Shown here in pieces: positions 16,704 to 26,527 of a stretch of 64,000 nt of DNA (its first letter is position 1; every line of letters begins with the position of its first letter). The position numbers and the translations under genes were made by a program. Source of the DNA: an uncultured Gaiellaceae bacterium (GTDB lineage: Bacteria; Actinomycetota; Thermoleophilia; Gaiellales; Gaiellaceae); contig CAWEPD010000006.1 in assembly GCA_963810875.1 (NCBI GenBank), positions 260,078-324,077 of the forward strand, given 5' to 3'. The notes beneath the pieces were generated by a model. That model ran no database searches and had not been told where the DNA came from. It saw only the letters and a program-made list of their open reading frames with translations.

Positions 16704-18488
16704 ACCGGCGTCGCCTCAGTGTCCCGGGCGACGAGCTCGGCATAGCGGCCGCCCGCCGCGAGCAGCTCCTCGTGCACGCCGACCTCGACGACGCGACCGC
16801 GGTCGAGCACGACGATCTGGTCGGCATCGCGAACCGTCGAGAGCCGGTGCGCGATCGCGATCGTCGTCCTGCCCTCCGCGAGGCGCTCGAGCGCCTCCTG
16901 GACGAGCCGCTCTGTGCGCGTGTCGAGCGCCGAGGTCGCCTCGTCGAGCACGAGGATCGGCGGGTTGCGCAGGATCGTGCGCGCGATCGCGAGCCGCTGC
17001 CTCTCACCGCCCGAGAAGCGATAGCCGCGCTCGCCGACGACGGTGTCGTAGCCCTCGGGCAGCGACTCGATCAGCTCGTGGATCTGCGCCGCGCGCGCCG
17101 CCGCCTCCACCTCCTCGTCCGTCGCCTCCCGCCGCGCGAAGCGCAGGTTCTCGCGGACGGAGGAGTGGAAGAGATAGGTCTCCTGCGAGACGACGCCGAC
17201 GGAGGCGGCGAGCGAGGCGAAGGTCAGCTCGCGGACGTCCACTCCGTCGAGCTCGACCCGCCCTTCGGTCGCGTCGTAGAGCCGCGCCACGAGGTAGCCG
17301 GCGGTCGTCTTCCCGGAGCCGGTCTCGCCCACGAGCGCGGTCTTCGTCCCGGCCACGACCTCGAACGAGACGTCCTGCAGCGTCCAGTCCTCGCCGTAGC
17401 GGAACCAGACACCGTCGAAGGCGACGCGGCCCTCCGGTCGGCGCAGCTCGCGCTTCCCCTCCTCGATGTCCACGTCGAGGTCGAGGTACTCGAAGACCCG
17501 GTCGAAGAGCGCGAGCGAGGTCTGGACGTCGAGCGAGACGCCGAGCAGCGAGCCGATCGGGAAGAAGAGCCGCGTCTGCAGGGTCGTGAAGGCGACGAGG
17601 GTGCCGAGCGAGATCGCGCCCGCGAAGTGGCCGGCGAAGAGGTAGACGAGCGCCGGCATGATCGCGAAGGTCATCTGGATCGAGCTCATCATCCAGCGGC
17701 CCGTCATCCGGCTCCGCACCTCGAGGTCGGCGAGCCGCGCCGACTCGCTCTCGAAGCGCTCGGCCAGCTCGCCGGAGCGGCCCATCGTCTTCCCGAGCAG
17801 GATCCCGGAGACCGAGAGCGACTCCTGGACGAGGCTCGAGATGTCGGCCATCGACTCCTGCCGCACCTTCGCGACCTTCTGCCGCTGGTGCCCGACGCGC
17901 CGGGTCATCCAGACGAAGATCGGGATCAGGGCGAGCGCGAAGAGGGTGAGGCGCGCGTCGAGGATGAACATCGCGATCACGCTCGCGATCACCGTCGTCA
18001 CGTTCGAGACGATCGACGTGGCGGTCGAGGTGACGACCTCCTGGACACCGCCGATGTCGTTCGCGAGCCGCGACTGCACGTCGCCGGTGCGCGTCCGGGT
18101 GAAGAAGGCGAGCGAGAGCCGCTGGAGGTGCTTGTAGACCGACGTGCGGAGGTCGTGCATGACGCGCTGCCCGACCTGGTTCGAGAGCAGCGTCTGGACG
18201 ACGCCGAGAATGCCCGGTGAAGATCGCGATCGCGACCATTCCCGCGACGAGCAGGTTCAGCTGGCGGAGGTTCCCGTCCGGGAGGGCCTCGTCGAAGACG
18301 CGCTGGACGAGGAAGGCCGGGATCGCGCCGAGGATCGACGAGAAGAGGATCAGGGCGAGCACGCCCGAGAGGCGGAGCCGGTACGGCTGGAAGAGCCGGA
18401 CGATCCGCCGGAGGTTCGCGCGCCGCACCGCCCTGTCGGCCGGCCGCTCGACCGGCTCGGCGGACTGGAAGGCTCGACCGCGTGGCAT
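16700..18488 (-). pseudogene. ABC transporter permease/ATP-binding protein (MsbA/MdlB type), one frameshift as assembled
   Basis: The transmembrane domain N-terminus (MPRGRAF...LLVAGMVAIAIFTG) is in one frame. The rest (ILGVVQTLLSNQVGQRVMHDLR...) is in another, with the break near 18212 at a CCC/GGG run. Walker A GETGSGKTT, signature FSGGERQR and Walker B ILVLDEATSALD are all present. Confidence 0.85.
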
Positions 18489-18536
18489 CGGTCACAGAGT
18501 ACGGACCGGCCGGGCGGCTACCGCGGACGGCCCGGG

Positions 18537-19628
18537 TCAGGCGACGTCGCGGAGCTTGCCCGCGTCGGCGAGCGCGCGAAGCTTTTTCAGGCTCTGGTTC
18601 TCGATCTGGCGGATCCGCTCGCGCGTGACGTTGAACGTGCGGCCGACCTCGTCGAGCGTGCGCGGCTGCTCGCCGTCGAGGCCGTAGCGAAGCTCGAGCA
18701 CCCGCCGCTCGCGGTGCGAGAGCGTGCCCAGGATCGAGCGCAGCGCCTCGTTCCGCATCGTCTCCTCGGCGACCTCGTCCGGCAGCGGCATCGTCTCGTC
18801 GGTGAGGAAGTGCCCGAACTCCGACTCCTCCTCGTCGCCGACGGGCTTCTCGAGCGAGATCGGCGTCTGGGCGCTGCGGCGGATCTGGTCGACCTCCTCC
18901 GGGAGTAGCTCCAGCTCGAGCCCGATCTCCTCCGAGCTCGGGTCGCGCCCGAGCTTCGCGCGCAGAGTCCGCTCCGTTCGGACGATCTTGTTCAGCTTCT
19001 CGACCACGTGCACGGGCATCCGGATCGTGCGCGCCTTGTCGGCGAGCGCCCGGGCGACCGCCTGGCGGATCCACCAGGTGGCGTACGTGGAGAACTTGAA
19101 GCCGCGGCGGTAGTCGAACTTCTCGGCGGCCCGGACGAGGCCGATCGTCCCCTCCTGGATCAGGTCGAGGAACGGCAGGCCCTGATTTCTGTAGCGCTTC
19201 GCGATCGAGACGACGAGGCGCAGGTTGGCCTCGACCATCGCCTGCTTCGCCGCGTGATCCTCCCGCTCGATCCGCTTCGCGAGCTCGACCTCCTGGGCGG
19301 CCGTGAGGAGCGGGACGCGGCCGATGTCCTTGAGGAAGAGCTGCAGCGTGTCGGTGGAGATCTCGCCGCTCCTCGCCTGGCTGACGCGAACCGTCTCGAC
19401 GGCCTCGTCCTCGCCGCCGACGACCTCGATCTGCAGCTCCTCGAGCGCGGCGTAGAGGTCGTCCAGCTGGCCGGCGTCGGGATCGAGGTCGTCGAGAGCC
19501 GCGCTGATGTCGTCGGCGCGCAGCTTCCCGGCGGCCCGCCCGCTCTCGAGCAGCTGCCTGGCCTCTTCCGTCTCCAGCAAGTCGCCGACCTGCGGAGCAG
19601 ACCCCTTCGTCACTCCCGACGCGCTCAC
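18537..19628 (-). CDS. RNA polymerase sigma-70 factor, RpoD/SigA (group 1/2) family
   Basis: Regions 1.2 to 4.2 are present ([55 protein letters not shown]). The GTG start at 19628 is preceded by GGAGGGGGAG; the track ORF extends upstream into unlikely sequence. Confidence 0.9.
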   Translation of the reverse strand: MSASGVTKGSAPQVGDLLETEEARQLLESGRAAGKLRADDISAALDDLDPDAGQLDDLYAALEELQIEVVGGEDEAVETVRVSQARSGEISTDTLQLFLKDIGRVPLLTAAQEVELAKRIEREDHAAKQAMVEANLRLVVSIAKRYRNQGLPFLDLIQEGTIGLVRAAEKFDYRRGFKFSTYATWWIRQAVARALADKARTIRMPVHVVEKLNKIVRTERTLRAKLGRDPSSEEIGLELELLPEEVDQIRRSAQTPISLEKPVGDEEESEFGHFLTDETMPLPDEVAEETMRNEALRSILGTLSHRERRVLELRYGLDGEQPRTLDEVGRTFNVTRERIRQIENQSLKKLRALADAGKLRDVA

Positions 19629-19777
19629 GGCTCCCCCTCCGATCTGGCGCTTCAAGCCACTTGCGGGCACAGCGTAGTTGCGAGTTCTGCGGACCGCAAT
19701 GCCTCGATTTCGCGAAGCGGCGGAAGCGTGCCACGAGAATCTCCGGGGCGCCATGGGCCGAGCGACCTATCTTGCGC

Positions 19778-20770
19778 TCAGCCGGTCCCGACCCCCTCGA
19801 GCTCGTCCAAGTACCGGCCAGCTTCCCGGGAGATTCGCGAGCCGGGCTCGAGCGTGCGCGCCTGCCGGAGCTGCTTCCGGGCCGCCTCCACGTCGCCCTG
19901 CCAGAGCAGCAGCAGCCCGAGATGGAAGCGGACCGTGGCGGACGTGGGAAAGCGGCGCGAGAGCGGGCCGAGGCGGCTGAAGGCCTCGACCGGGCTCTCC
20001 TTGGAGTAGCGGCCGACCGCGTCCGCGACCAGCGCCTCGACCTCGCCCGGGTTGTCCGCAGCAGCGGCGGAGAAGACGCGCCGCGCGGACACCGTCCTGC
20101 CGAGCCGCTGGAGGGCGAGGCCGTAGTAGAGCCGCTCGACGAGCCCCTCTCGCGAGCCGGCACTCGAGGTCGCCGCCTCGCGGAGCAGCTCGAGCTGCCG
20201 CCGCACCGGCGCGCGGGCGATCTCCGGCCCGAGCGGCTTCGCCGGCTGGAAGAAGGGAACCCCCGGCGCGAGCTCGGTGTGGAGGAGATCGCCGGCGCGG
20301 ATCGCGTAGGGCGTGTCGGGCTCGACGTCGCGCGCCTCGCGCCAGGCGTCGAGCGAGCCCCGCTCGCCCGCCCAGAACCGGGCCAGCCCCACGTGAAGCT
20401 GGACGAGAGCGCTGCGCGGATAGAGCGCCCCGAGCTGCTCGACCCGGTCGAGCGTTCCCGGCCAGGCTGCGAGCGCCTCTCCGAGCTTCGCCTCCAGCGA
20501 CTCCTCGCGCGCGAAGATCGCCCGCGCCTCCGCCCGTCGACCCGCGTCGTAGAGGCGGTCGGCGCGCCGCAGCGCCCGCGCGCTCGAATCGTCCCGCAGC
20601 CCGAGCTCGAGCACGAGCGGCGGTGCTCCGGCTCGCGGCCGAGCGGGCGGCCCGGCGCTCGCCGTCCGGCCCGTCTCCTCGCCCGAGACCGTCGCCGCTC
20701 CGACGACGACGGCGGCCGCAACGACCGCGACCGCGGCGACGACGAGGACGACACGGGCCCGAGCGGACAC
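19778..20770 (-). CDS. membrane-anchored TPR-like hypothetical protein
   Basis: 330 aa with an N-terminal helix VVLVVAAVAVVAAAVVVGAA, helical-repeat-like content and good G/C third-position bias. Confidence 0.55.
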   Translation of the reverse strand: MSARARVVLVVAAVAVVAAAVVVGAATVSGEETGRTASAGPPARPRAGAPPLVLELGLRDDSSARALRRADRLYDAGRRAEARAIFAREESLEAKLGEALAAWPGTLDRVEQLGALYPRSALVQLHVGLARFWAGERGSLDAWREARDVEPDTPYAIRAGDLLHTELAPGVPFFQPAKPLGPEIARAPVRRQLELLREAATSSAGSREGLVERLYYGLALQRLGRTVSARRVFSAAAADNPGEVEALVADAVGRYSKESPVEAFSRLGPLSRRFPTSATVRFHLGLLLLWQGDVEAARKQLRQARTLEPGSRISREAGRYLDELEGVGTG

Positions 20771-20780
20771 GCGATTCAGC

Positions 20781-21923
20781 CTAGCGACGGCCGAGAAAGG
20801 CCTCGACGGCGACCGCCGCTTCGCCGGCGGTCGGCATCGCCGCGAGCTCGGCCGCCACCCGTTCGGCGCCGGCTCGGAACGACGGCTCGCCGAGGAGGCG
20901 CCGGAGCGCGGCGCGCACGGCCTCCGGCGTCAGCTCGTCCGGCAGCAGCACGAGCGCCGCGCCGGCCCGCTCGCAGCGGGCGGCGTTGTCGAACTGGTCG
21001 GCGCCCTGCGGCACGAGCAGCAGCGGAAGCCCATGGGCGAGCGCGCCGAGTGTCGTCCCGGAGCCCCCGTGGGAGACGACGGCCGCGCAGCGGGGCAGGA
21101 CGAACGCCTGCGGCACGAAGCGCTCGAGGCGAATGTGCTCCGGCACCGGCTCGATCGACGCCGGATCGAGGTTCCGGCCGATCGTCACCAGGGCGGCGGG
21201 CAGCTCGTCGAGCCCCGCGAGCAACGAGCGGAGGAGCCCCGGGTCGTTGAAGATCGTGCCGAGTGTCGCGTAGACGAGCGGCGACCCGAGCTCCTCGAGC
21301 CAGCCCGGCGGCTCCCCGGGCTCCGGCTCGTCGGCTCGGAGCCGGATGCTCTCGCCCTGCGGCTCCTCCCAGCGGAAGCACGGCGGGGAGATGTCGACGC
21401 AGAGGCCGCGGAAGGCGCCGGCGTACGGCTCCGGCTCGAGCCCCGCTCCGCGCCAGAGCGGCTCGACGAGCTCGCCGGCGTACTCCAGGATGGAGAGCGG
21501 GATCATCGCGCCGAAGGAGTGGTTGACGGACGGCAACCCGGCGGCCGCCGCCGCGATCGGCGCGGCCAGGTCGGCGCTCTCGTAGACAACGCCGTCCCAG
21601 GGCTCGGAGCGCACGAGCTCGAGCAGGGCCGGCAGCTTGAACGGTGCGTGCTCGAGCCCGAAGATCCTGCTGAATCCGAAACGCCTGCGCTCCGCGACCG
21701 GCACCGACTCGACTGCCCGACGCTGCCTGGCCGCCGGCTCTCGCGTCTCGTGCTCGGAGAGCCCTGCAGGAAGGTGCGCGAACCCCGCCGCGCGCACGGA
21801 CTCCTCTCGATCGGCTCCCGTCGCGAACGTCACGTCGTGCCCCGCCTCCGCGAGCGCCCGCGCGAGCGCGAGCAGCGGCCGGAAGTGGCCCTCGAGCGAC
21901 ACACAGCTGAACAGCACACGCAC
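20781..21923 (-). CDS. GT1-family (MGT/UDP-glycosyltransferase-like) glycosyltransferase
   Basis: 380 aa with the C-terminal nucleotide-sugar signature VVSHGGSGTTLGALAHGLPLLLVPQGADQFDNA. Confidence 0.85.
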   Translation of the reverse strand: MRVLFSCVSLEGHFRPLLALARALAEAGHDVTFATGADREESVRAAGFAHLPAGLSEHETREPAARQRRAVESVPVAERRRFGFSRIFGLEHAPFKLPALLELVRSEPWDGVVYESADLAAPIAAAAAGLPSVNHSFGAMIPLSILEYAGELVEPLWRGAGLEPEPYAGAFRGLCVDISPPCFRWEEPQGESIRLRADEPEPGEPPGWLEELGSPLVYATLGTIFNDPGLLRSLLAGLDELPAALVTIGRNLDPASIEPVPEHIRLERFVPQAFVLPRCAAVVSHGGSGTTLGALAHGLPLLLVPQGADQFDNAARCERAGAALVLLPDELTPEAVRAALRRLLGEPSFRAGAERVAAELAAMPTAGEAAVAVEAFLGRR

Positions 21924-22003
21924 GAGCTCATCATCCTCCGCCCGGGAACACGGCGCAGCGGACGGTCGTTGACCCTTCGAGGGCTACTATCCTTCTTGAA
22001 GCA

Positions 22004-23185
22004 ATGGCCACCTATCGCGAGCTCCTGACCCAAGTCAAGGCCGAGATCGACGAGATCGGCGCCGGCGACGCGCGCGAGCGCGCCGCCTCGTCCGAGCCGC
22101 CGCTCTTCCTCGACGTGCGCGAGCGCGAGGAATGGGAGGAGGGTTACGTTCCCGGCGCGCTGCACGTCCCGCGCGGCCAGCTCGAGTCACGGATCGAGGG
22201 CCTGCTCCCGGATCGCTCCCGGGAGGTCGTCGTCTACTGCTCGGGCGGCTCGCGCTCGGCATTCGCCGCGAAGTCGCTCACCGAGCTCGGCTACGAGCGC
22301 GTCAGCTCGCTCACCGGCGGGTTCACCGACTGGAAGCGGAACGGTTTCGACGTCGAGACGCCGCAGGCGCTCTCGCCGCAGCAGCGGGCGCGCTACTCGC
22401 GGCACCTGCTGATCCCGGAGGTCGGCGAGACGGGACAGCAGCGCCTGCTCGCCTCGCGCGTGCTCCTGATCGGCGCCGGCGGCCTCGGCTCGCCCGCTTC
22501 CCTCTATCTCGCCGCCGCGGGCGTCGGCACGATCGGGATCGTCGACGCGGACGTGGTCGACGACTCGAATCTCCAGCGCCAGATCGTCCACTCGACCGAG
22601 CGGATCGGGGAGCCGAAGGTGCTCTCGGCGCAGCGCACGATCGAGGCGCTCAACCCGGACGTGGACGTCAAGCCCTACGAGGAGCGGCTGACCTCCGAGA
22701 ACGTCGAGCGCATCATCGGCGAGGGCTGGGACGTGATCGTCGACGGCGCCGACAACTTCCCCACGCGCTACCTCGTCAACGACGCCTCCATCTGGCACGA
22801 CATCCCCGTCGTCCACGGCTCGATCTACCGCTTCGAGGGCCAGGTCACGGTCTTCAGGCCGAACGCAGGCCCCTGCTACCGCTGCCTCTTCCCCACGCCG
22901 CCGCCGCCCGAGCTGGCGCCGAGCTGCGCCGAGGGCGGCGTCCTCGGCGTCCTCCCGGGGATCGTCGGCTCGCTCCAGGCGAGCGAGGCGCTGAAAGTGC
23001 TCCTCGGGATCGGCGAGACGCTCGAGGGCCGGCTGCTCCTGATCGACGCGCTGGCGACGACCTTCGACGAGGTCTCCGTGGCGCGCGATCCGGCCTGCCC
23101 CGTCTGCGGCGAGCACCCGACGATCACCGAGTACGTCGACTACGTGGAGTTCTGCCAGGGCGCCGGACGTGGAGTCGGCGCGTGA
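22004..23185 (+). CDS. MoeZ/MoeB-like adenylyltransferase-sulfurtransferase with N-terminal rhodanese domain
   Basis: The rhodanese active loop YCSGGSRS lies at about residue 80. A ThiF fold follows (LLIGAGGLGSPASLYLAAAGVG), with Zn motifs CYRC and CPVCG. Confidence 0.9.
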   Translation: MATYRELLTQVKAEIDEIGAGDARERAASSEPPLFLDVREREEWEEGYVPGALHVPRGQLESRIEGLLPDRSREVVVYCSGGSRSAFAAKSLTELGYERVSSLTGGFTDWKRNGFDVETPQALSPQQRARYSRHLLIPEVGETGQQRLLASRVLLIGAGGLGSPASLYLAAAGVGTIGIVDADVVDDSNLQRQIVHSTERIGEPKVLSAQRTIEALNPDVDVKPYEERLTSENVERIIGEGWDVIVDGADNFPTRYLVNDASIWHDIPVVHGSIYRFEGQVTVFRPNAGPCYRCLFPTPPPPELAPSCAEGGVLGVLPGIVGSLQASEALKVLLGIGETLEGRLLLIDALATTFDEVSVARDPACPVCGEHPTITEYVDYVEFCQGAGRGVGA

Positions 23186-23454
23186 CGGCGATTCGGATCC
23201 CGCCGACGCTCCGAGCGGAGGTTGACGGCGAGCGGCAGGTCGAAGCCCACGGAGACGACGTCCGCGGCGTGCTCGAGGACCTGGTCGAACGCTACCCCGC
23301 GCTCGCGTCGCAGCTCTTCGAGGACGGGGAGCTCGCCCCGTTCGTGAACGTCTACCTCGGCGGCGAGGACGTCCGCACCCTCGACGGCCTCGAGACCGAA
23401 GTGAGCGGCCGGTCGCTGATCCTCCTCCCCGCCATGGCCGGCGGTGGCAGCTAA
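23182..23454 (+). CDS. cysO: ThiS/MoaD-family sulfur carrier protein (CysO-like), C-terminus ...AMAGG-GS
   Basis: The 90-aa product VTAIRIPPTLRAEVDG...LILLPAMAGGGS starts at a GTG that overlaps the moeZ-like stop (GTGA). It sits between the adenylyltransferase and cysM. Confidence 0.8.
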   Translation: MTAIRIPPTLRAEVDGERQVEAHGDDVRGVLEDLVERYPALASQLFEDGELAPFVNVYLGGEDVRTLDGLETEVSGRSLILLPAMAGGGS

Positions 23455-24385
23455 GTCGCTCGCCCCGAGCCTGCTCGACCTCGTCGGCAACACGCCTCTC
23501 GTCGAGCTCTCGCGCTTCGTCCCGGGCGGGGTCACGGTCTACGCGAAGCTCGAGGGGCAGAACCCAACCGGCTCGATCAAGGACCGCGTCGCGAAGGCGA
23601 TGATCGAGGCGGCAGAGGCGGCCGGCGAGCTCGAGCCGGGGCGGCGGCTGCTCGAGCCGACGAGCGGCAACACCGGGATCTCGCTGGCGCTCGTCGCGAA
23701 ACTGAAGGGCTACTCGCTCACCTGCGTCATGCCCGAGAACGCGACCGAGGAGCGGAGGCGCCTGCTCCGCCTCTACGGCGCCGAGATCGTCGACTCGCCC
23801 GGTGCCGAGGGCTCGAACGGCGCCGTCCGCCTGGCGCTCGAGCTCGCGGAGCGCGAGCCTTCGTTCTTCATGCCGTTCCAGTACGCCAACGAGGCGAACC
23901 CGAGAGCCCATTACGAGGGCACGGGCGCAGAGATCGCCGAGGCGCTCGCCCGCGTGGACGTCCTCGTCGCCGGCCTGGGAACCGGCGGGACGCTGATGGG
24001 AACCGGCGAGCGCCTGCGCGAGCGCTTCCCGGACGTGGTCGTCGCAGGAGCCGAGCCGCTTCCCGGAGACCCGGTCATGGGGCTTCGCTCGCTGGCGGAC
24101 GGCTACGTGCCGCCGATCCTCGACGTCGCGAAGCTCGACCGGAAGCTGCTCGTCTCGAACGCGGAGTCGGTCGCGGCGCTGCGCGAGCTGCTCGAGACCG
24201 AGGGGATCTTCGGCGGCGTCTCGGCCGGCGCGGTCGCGCACGTCGCGCGGCGGCTCGCGCACGAGCTGGACGACGGCGCGGTCGTCGTCTGCGTGCTCGC
24301 CGACGCGGGCTGGAAGTACCTCTCGGCCGACTTCTGGGAGACGAGCGACGTCGAGCGGTCGATGGAGCGAACCGTCTGGTGGTAG
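23444..24385 (+). CDS. cysM: cysteine synthase B / O-phosphoserine sulfhydrylase (CysM type)
   Basis: 313 aa with the PLP-lysine motif NPTGSIKDR plus TSGNTG and GTGGT segments. The GTG start overlaps cysO by 11 nt. Confidence 0.9.
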   Translation: MAAKSLAPSLLDLVGNTPLVELSRFVPGGVTVYAKLEGQNPTGSIKDRVAKAMIEAAEAAGELEPGRRLLEPTSGNTGISLALVAKLKGYSLTCVMPENATEERRRLLRLYGAEIVDSPGAEGSNGAVRLALELAEREPSFFMPFQYANEANPRAHYEGTGAEIAEALARVDVLVAGLGTGGTLMGTGERLRERFPDVVVAGAEPLPGDPVMGLRSLADGYVPPILDVAKLDRKLLVSNAESVAALRELLETEGIFGGVSAGAVAHVARRLAHELDDGAVVVCVLADAGWKYLSADFWETSDVERSMERTVWW

Positions 24386-24397
24386 ATCGGGGCCGCG

Positions 24398-24760
24398 GTG
24401 CGCGCCGAGCTCGCGGCGCATGCGCAGGCGGAGGCGCCCAACGAGGCCTGCGGGCTCGTCGTGCTGCGCGGCGGTGCCGCCGAGCGCTACGTCCGGGGCA
24501 GGAACGCGGCTCCGTCCCCGTACCGCTTCGAGCTCGAGGTGCCGCCCGAGACGTGGTTCCTCGAGGACGACGGCTACGAGCTCGCCGTCTTCCACTCGCA
24601 CGTCTCCTCGCCCCCGCGCCCCTCCCGCACGGACGTCGAGAACATCGGCCTCTGGACCGGCAGGCCGTACCTGATCTACTCGCTCCGGTCGGACGATCTG
24701 GCCGCCTTCACCATCGGCGAAGACGGCCGGATCGCGCAGGTCGAGCTCTCGCCTAGTTGA
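24398..24760 (+). CDS. JAMM/MPN+ metalloprotease (Mec-like)
   Basis: 120 aa with a NEACG segment and the JAMM motif FHSHVSSPPRPSRTD. It lies immediately after cysM. Confidence 0.85.
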   Translation: MRAELAAHAQAEAPNEACGLVVLRGGAAERYVRGRNAAPSPYRFELEVPPETWFLEDDGYELAVFHSHVSSPPRPSRTDVENIGLWTGRPYLIYSLRSDDLAAFTIGEDGRIAQVELSPS

Positions 24761-25112
24761 CGGTGAAGGAGCCCTTCATCCCGCTGGCGTGGGGATCGCA
24801 GACGAAGGTGTAGGTGCCCTTGACGAGCGTCAGGGCGAACGTCCTCGTTCCCTGCCTGGCGACGCTCGTCGCCTTGTTGACCTTGCCCGGGCCTCTGAGA
24901 TGGAAGTTGTGGCTCCCCGACTTGTCGGCGACGACAAGCGAATACCTGCCGGCCTTCAGGGTCTTGAAGGTCTTGCCGGCCTTCTTCACCCCGATCGTGA
25001 AGCCAGGCCCCACGGTGCCGTTCAGCTTCGTGGGCGGCGTGGCGGCCTGCGCCGGCACGATTGCGGCGAGGGCGAGCGCCACGGCGGCTGCCCCCAGACG
25101 AATGCGTCTCAT
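24753..25112 (-). CDS. secreted cupredoxin (type-1 copper, plastocyanin-like)
   Basis: Signal peptide AAAVALALAAIVPAQA. Candidate copper ligands are HNFH and CDPHASGM, which fits the C-x2-H-x4-M pattern. Confidence 0.8.
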   Translation of the reverse strand: MRRIRLGAAAVALALAAIVPAQAATPPTKLNGTVGPGFTIGVKKAGKTFKTLKAGRYSLVVADKSGSHNFHLRGPGKVNKATSVARQGTRTFALTLVKGTYTFVCDPHASGMKGSFTVN

Positions 25113-25186
25113 TCCCCTCCTCGTGGTCCGTTCGACGTCGATCCCTTCGTCAGCCTAGTACGCACGAGCGGCCCGAACGGATGGCG

Positions 25187-26469
25187 CTAGAGACGGTCTG
25201 CGCCCGCCGCCGCGCCGATTCCCTCGCGATCCTCTCGAAGCGCCAACTCGACGTCGCGCTCGTCGTCCATCGCCGCCTCGGTGGCCGCGACGAGGAGCTC
25301 GAGCTGCCGATCGAGGATCTCGATCCGGTCCGGCGGAGCGATCGACCTGAGATCGACGAGAGCCGCCTTGAGCCGGCGGGAGACCTGAGGCGATCCCGCC
25401 CCGGCCATCCGGATCTCGTCGAAGGCCAGGCGGACGTACGCGTTCCAGCTCATCGACCGGACGGTGAGCCTGACCGTCCCCGCCGCGTCGCGATGCCGGC
25501 CGTCCGGGAAACGGCCGCCGCACGAGCTGCCGCAGGATGTCGTGGAGCCGGTCGAGCGCCTGGACGGCGGTGGTGGGGTCCTGGAACGGCGAATCCGCGA
25601 GCGAGCGCTCGGCGATGTCGACCAGGAGGCGAACGCCGTAGGCGACGTCCTCGTCGAGGGTCGGCTCCAGATTCAGGATCAACGACTTGTGCAGGCGTTC
25701 CTCGTCCAGGGCCGCCGACTCGCCATGCACCCGGAAGAGCGCCGCCTCCGCCGGCACGAACTCTCCGAGTGCCGGAACGAGCTCCAGGAGGCAGTCCGCT
25801 CGCTCGGCCTCCTCGACGAGATCGTCGAATCCGATCGCGGTGATGACGCCGGACTTCTTGGCGCACACGATCCTGGGAGCGCCGGGCTCCGGCTCCAGGG
25901 CGGACGTCTGGACCGGATACTTGCGCTCGATCAGCTTGCGCGTGTCCTTGCCGACGAGCTCGATCAGCGAGGAGACGCGGAGCGACTGCCCGATGTGGTG
26001 CACGTAGAGGACGAGGACCGCGATGCTCACGAGGACGAGCACGAAGGCCGTCACGACCGCGATGCCCAGGAACCTGCCCGGTGCCGTCGCCCAGGTTCGT
26101 CACCTCGCGCGAGGCGAGGATCGCGTGCACGAAGGTCGCGACGAAGAGGCCGATCGCGAGCTGGCTGGGCTTGTCCTGGAGGATGCGCTGCACGATCCTC
26201 GGCGAGAACTGGCCCATGGCGAGCTGGACGACGACCATCGTGATCGTCAGCACGAGCGCGGTCAGGCTGACCATCGAGACGGCGATGATCGAGAGGATCT
26301 CGGCTGCGGCATCCGGACCGCCGACGAGGCTCTGAGGGATCGCCTCGTAGTCGAAGGAGCGATCGAGTGCGATCGCCCCGAACGAGATCGCGACGCCGGC
26401 GAGCACGCACATCACGGGCACGAACCAGAGACTCGACGTGACGTGGCCGATGAGCTTGGTGATCCTCAT
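25187..26469 (-). pseudogene. DUF2254 family membrane protein, two frameshifts as assembled
   Basis: Three collinear pieces lie in three frames: MRITKLIGHVTSSLWFVP...GDGTGQ / FLGIAVVTAFVLVLVSIAVLVLYVHHIGQ...LRQLVRRPF / PDGRHRDAAGTVRLTVRSMSWNAYVRLAFDEIR.... The breaks are near 26072 and 25507, the latter next to a TTT/CCC run. Confidence 0.75.
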
Positions 26470-26527
26470 GGAGTCTCCGCGTACCCCTTCCGCCGTCCGT
26501 CCGAACCACCGGGGTACGCTCGCGTCG

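Noticed and set aside
19629-19777. A ~150-nt untranslated region upstream of the sigma factor gene as a possible riboswitch or sRNA.
   Set aside because: I could not recognise a conserved riboswitch core or a strong extended structure by eye. It is most simply a promoter plus leader.
17998-20754. A 918-aa minus-strand ORF spanning the ABC transporter 5' end, the sigma factor gene and the TPR gene.
   Set aside because: It is an off-frame read-through with Arg/Ser/Pro-rich composition. Three well-supported genes occupy the same strand in other frames.
21945-22003. TTGACC ... TATCCT upstream of the moeZ-like gene as a sigma-70 promoter.
   Set aside because: The spacer is only about 13 nt, well outside the 16-18 nt window, so I do not call it.
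22187-24601. An 804-aa minus-strand ORF opposite the moeZ-cysO-cysM-mec operon.
   Set aside because: It is antisense to four genes with unambiguous catalytic motifs. Its composition is the usual GC-rich artefact (runs of R, A, E, D, L) and it has no recognisable motif.
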